The notes beneath the pieces were generated by a model, which saw nothing but the letters and a program-made list of their open reading frames with translations, did no database searches and was not told where the DNA came from. This document shows, piece after piece, positions 25,496-28,505 of a stretch of 28,505 bases of DNA (position 1 is its first letter; each line of letters opens with the position of its first letter). The stretch comes from an uncultured Verrucomicrobiales bacterium (GTDB lineage Bacteria; Verrucomicrobiota; Verrucomicrobiia; Verrucomicrobiales; DEV007). The stretch is from assembly GCA_938091905.1 (NCBI GenBank), contig CALKOM010000109.1, positions 1 to 28,505 on the forward strand. Direction: 5' to 3'. Made by a program: the position numbers and the translations under genes.

Positions 25496-27574
25496 CTACT
25501 TCGGCAGAGGGACTTGTTCTTTGGTTTGGAGATACTTGAGTAAATCTAGCACTTGTTCATCGGTGAGCGTTTGCAGTTGCCCCTCAGGCATCATGGAGAA
25601 CTCTGAAACGTCTCGCTTGGCGATGTCGCGCTTGGCGATGGTGTTCTTCTGGCCAATCATGCTCAGGACGACTTTGTTGTTATCCTCTTCTGTCACTGTG
25701 CCGACGAGGACTTGGCCGTTCTTGGTCGTGATGGTGACCATCTTGTAGGCGTCGGCGATGTCGCCGCTGGGATCCATGGCGTTGAGGAGGACGTAGTTGA
25801 GATCCGCCCGGTTGGATCCCGTGAGATCCGGCCCAATGATCCCGCCTTCGCCATACATAAGATGGCACGCTCCACAGAGTTTCTCATAAACGACGCGCCC
25901 CTTTCCGGCATGCGCCTTTGCTAGGGCTTCGGGGGTGGCCTTGGCCTTGTAACTTGCCATCAAGGCTTCTTTGTCCTGCGAAAGGGGTTCGACGCCATAC
26001 TTCTTGGTGAAGGAATCGCCTAACAAGGCGCTCAATGCACGACGCACGTGAAAGGGAAGATCGTCTTTGGTGACCTTCTTAGCATCCAAGGCTTGGTGAA
26101 GCGCCTGAGCATAGGATTTCCGCGAGGCCAAGGTTTCAAAGACGGCCTGTTGGACAGAGGGCTTAAAAGTCGTCCACGCGCCGAGCAGTGCCGCAGGCGC
26201 CTCCTTCGATTCGTACGCGCCGTAGGCGCGGATCGCGGGAACACGCAGAGCTTCCTCACCCATTAGACCAGCAAGAAGCGGCAAGAGATCGGGATGTTGC
26301 TGGGTGAGGAGCGAAGCTAACGCACGCTGACGATCATCGTTCGGCGCGAGCGTGTCGGCCACGACAGTGAGCGCTTGCTGGATCGCCTCTTCATCACCAA
26401 AGACCTGATTGAGCTGATCCGTGAGCTGACGGACATCATCGTTCTCGCTCTGTGAGAGCTTCTTGGCTAGCGCAGACCACCCGGCGGGCGCAGCGACATC
26501 GCGTTGACCTTCCAAACCCAGGGCGATTCCTTTGAGGAGAGCCGCTCGGATCGTATCCTCTGAGGTGCTAGACAAGGCCTCGGTGAGAAGTTGCAGAGAC
26601 TTGTTCGCATCCATCTGCTGCACGTTCTGTCGCCGCACCTCATCGAGCTCCTGAATCTTCGGCGGCTTGGGGGTTGGCGCTGGCTTCTTCTTGCGCTGGC
26701 CTTTGTCATCGAGGTTGGCGCGGATTTCTTCATCGGTGGGTCGTTTGGATGAGACGCCACCTTCCGGAACGTCCACTTGCGCCGTCCAGAGGATGGCATT
26801 GAGCACCACAGTACGAAAATTGTCGTTCTGCCAGGACACGTGGTTGTGTGCGCCGGTGAAACCAAACCCGCGCCCTTTGCCGTCAGGTCTATTATAAGCC
26901 CAGGCAACGTGTTGGCTTTCTCCATTGGCCACGGCTTTCCGCACAGTAGGATTGCCGCTGCGCGCGCCATCAGGACGTTTCAACGTCTCCGCTCCCGGAA
27001 CGGCAGAGAGGATTGGTGTGACGCCTTTGAGTTCGGGAACGAAACGCATGTGATAGTACCATTCGTCATCGAGCGAGAACGGAGTGAGACCACGAGCAAT
27101 GGGATGGTTAGGAAATGTGGTGAAGTTAGGACTCCAATGCGGATTGACCGACCAGTTGAGTGCGCAGTAGCCGCCCATCCATTCGAGAAATTTCTTCCCG
27201 GGCTTGCCCATCATCGCTTCGGTCGCCCAATGAATCATGACCACCCCCGTGCCCTTCTTCATGAGCGCATCAAACTCGTCGAGTTTGGGATTCAAGAGAT
27301 GCCCTTGATGACCCGTGCAGAAGATGACGATCGTGTCCGCATCTTCCAGCACCGTCGGATCTCTTGGGTAACCCATTTCCGAAAGGACCTGAGCATCAAT
27401 CCCAAGATTCGCATCCTTGAGTGCTTGGGCTAACAGGAGCGACCCAGCCCGGTGCTCATGCGCCATGGGACCATGGCTAGGTTTCCCGTGGATGAAGACG
27501 ACCTTCGTATCGTCAGCTGCCTGGAGAGGCACGGGTAAGAGGAAAACTAATGTGGCTAAGAGAGCTAATTTCAC
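25496..27574 (-). CDS. ThuA-like domain fused to a PVC-type c-type heme-binding domain
   Basis: Signal peptide from GTG 27574; ThuA-like HPIARG...DEWYY...GRGFGFTGAH; C-terminal CGACH, IGPDLTG and SMMPEGQL. Confidence 0.85.
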   Translation of the reverse strand: MKLALLATLVFLLPVPLQAADDTKVVFIHGKPSHGPMAHEHRAGSLLLAQALKDANLGIDAQVLSEMGYPRDPTVLEDADTIVIFCTGHQGHLLNPKLDEFDALMKKGTGVVMIHWATEAMMGKPGKKFLEWMGGYCALNWSVNPHWSPNFTTFPNHPIARGLTPFSLDDEWYYHMRFVPELKGVTPILSAVPGAETLKRPDGARSGNPTVRKAVANGESQHVAWAYNRPDGKGRGFGFTGAHNHVSWQNDNFRTVVLNAILWTAQVDVPEGGVSSKRPTDEEIRANLDDKGQRKKKPAPTPKPPKIQELDEVRRQNVQQMDANKSLQLLTEALSSTSEDTIRAALLKGIALGLEGQRDVAAPAGWSALAKKLSQSENDDVRQLTDQLNQVFGDEEAIQQALTVVADTLAPNDDRQRALASLLTQQHPDLLPLLAGLMGEEALRVPAIRAYGAYESKEAPAALLGAWTTFKPSVQQAVFETLASRKSYAQALHQALDAKKVTKDDLPFHVRRALSALLGDSFTKKYGVEPLSQDKEALMASYKAKATPEALAKAHAGKGRVVYEKLCGACHLMYGEGGIIGPDLTGSNRADLNYVLLNAMDPSGDIADAYKMVTITTKNGQVLVGTVTEEDNNKVVLSMIGQKNTIAKRDIAKRDVSEFSMMPEGQLQTLTDEQVLDLLKYLQTKEQVPLPK

Positions 27575-27671
27575 AGGGTGAGGGTGGATTGAAAATGGCC
27601 TGAGGGTCAAGGGCACAAGATCGAAAATAAATCCCAAAACGCTCACACGAGTGTACCGGTGCTGCCCCTAG

Positions 27672-28505
27672 GAGTCTGTCGGACTTTACAAAATCTAAGG
27701 AAGATGTTAGCAAGGGGGCATGAGCGCCCGCTTCGTTGATGTCGGCCGTGAAACACCAATGCTCCTGCCACCCGATCTTCGTGACTGGGTGCCAGAAGAC
27801 GATCTCGTTCACTTCATCCTCGAAGCCGTCCAGCGGCTCCCGATAGAAGACTTCCAAGTCAATCATCGCGGTTCTGGCAACCGACAGTTCCCCCCACACA
27901 TGATGCTCGCGTTGCTAATCTACTGCTACGCCAACCGCCTCTTCTCTTCCCGTAAGATCGAACAGGCCGCCCATCGCGACGTCGCCGTACGCTTTCTCAC
28001 CGGCAATACCCACCCAGATCACGACACCGTCTGCAAATTTCGCCACGAGAACGTCGACGCCTTCAACAACGCCTTTGTCAGTGTGCTCGAACTCGCCCAA
28101 GAACTCAAACTCCTCAAGCTCCTCAAGCTCGGGGACGTCGCCATCGACGGCACCCACATCAAAGCCAACGCCTCCATCGACCAAAACGTCACCTACGAAC
28201 GCGCCCTAGAGATTCGCGACCAACTCCAACTAGACGTCGCCGAACTGCTAGAACAAGCCGAAACCGCAGACAAGAACGACGAAGACCATCAGAAACTTCC
28301 TGAAGAAATCGCGCGCTGTGAAGAGCTCATTTCCAAGATGGATCAAGCCGTCGAGGAGTTAAAGCAACGCGCCACCGTGCGCGACGCCAAAGCTCAAGCC
28401 TACTACGAAGAGAAACTCAAAGAACGTCAGCGCAAAGAAGAAGAAACCGGCAAGAAACCAGGGGGAAGAACGCCCAAGCAACCCAAGACAGGCCCGGAGA
28501 ACAGC
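27672..28505 (+). mobile_element. IS1182-family insertion sequence, left end
   Basis: GAGTCTGTCGGACTT terminal-repeat-like sequence after CTAG, 48 bp before the transposase ATG; right end outside the window. Confidence 0.8.
27720..28505 (+). CDS. IS1182-family DDE transposase (partial, runs off the window)
   Basis: MLLPPDLRDWVPEDDLVHFI, LLIYCYA...SSRKIE, HPDHDTVCKFR and AIDGTHIKANAS. Open for 262 codons; absent from the ORF track because no stop is reached. Confidence 0.92.
   Translation, partial: MSARFVDVGRETPMLLPPDLRDWVPEDDLVHFILEAVQRLPIEDFQVNHRGSGNRQFPPHMMLALLIYCYANRLFSSRKIEQAAHRDVAVRFLTGNTHPDHDTVCKFRHENVDAFNNAFVSVLELAQELKLLKLLKLGDVAIDGTHIKANASIDQNVTYERALEIRDQLQLDVAELLEQAETADKNDEDHQKLPEEIARCEELISKMDQAVEELKQRATVRDAKAQAYYEEKLKERQRKEEETGKKPGGRTPKQPKTGPENS

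Noticed and set aside
12678..27646. Long N-terminal extensions in the ORF track (starts at 14297, 14733, 17479, 19706, 27646)
   Set aside because: They overlap neighbouring genes or REPs, or precede a clear signal peptide; downstream starts fit RBS sites or 4-nt overlaps.
4765..28184. Many long antisense or alternate-frame ORFs (e.g. 5558-6196, 13494-14198, 26777-27433, 27513-27899)
   Set aside because: They are shadows of GC-rich genes with no motifs. Unlike 883-1107, the host frame is a well-formed domain throughout.

Overview
This is a bacterial chromosomal window, most likely from Verrucomicrobia or another PVC lineage, judged from the PVC-type heme/dehydrogenase proteins, sulfatases and ECF sigma type. 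From left to right: (1) 1-2861 is the right end of an integrative element in tRNA-Asp(GTC). It carries a phosphoribosyltransferase (PRTase)-domain gene with a 74-aa ORF nested in its +1 frame, an Xis-like HTH gene, a tyrosine integrase, arm repeats, an IHF-consensus site and the displaced tRNA 3' half. (2) 2862-6320 is a decayed second element with a TraX-like gene, a truncated ECF sigma joined to a virB4-like pseudogene, virB3/virB2-like genes and a ~100-bp MITE-like element. (3) 6469-20236 is a minus-strand run of pcaI-pcaJ-pcaF-SDR-Fe-ADH-[RAYT with REPs]-membrane protein-sodium:solute symporter-ALDH-carboxylesterase-sulfatase-arylsulfatase pseudogene. It is divergent from pcaR, with two PcaR-type boxes between them. 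(4) A secreted-protein pseudogene, a PVC-type dehydrogenase-domain gene, a ThuA/cytochrome c gene and the start of an IS1182 element follow. The most notable signals are the nested ORF in the PRTase gene, a strongly over-represented 7-mer (CTAACAA/TTGTTAG, 19 copies by hand count), a beta-ketoadipate lower pathway joined to non-canonical partners, and two covarying GTAG-REP families around a RAYT. All product calls come from motif recognition by eye; no database searches were run.
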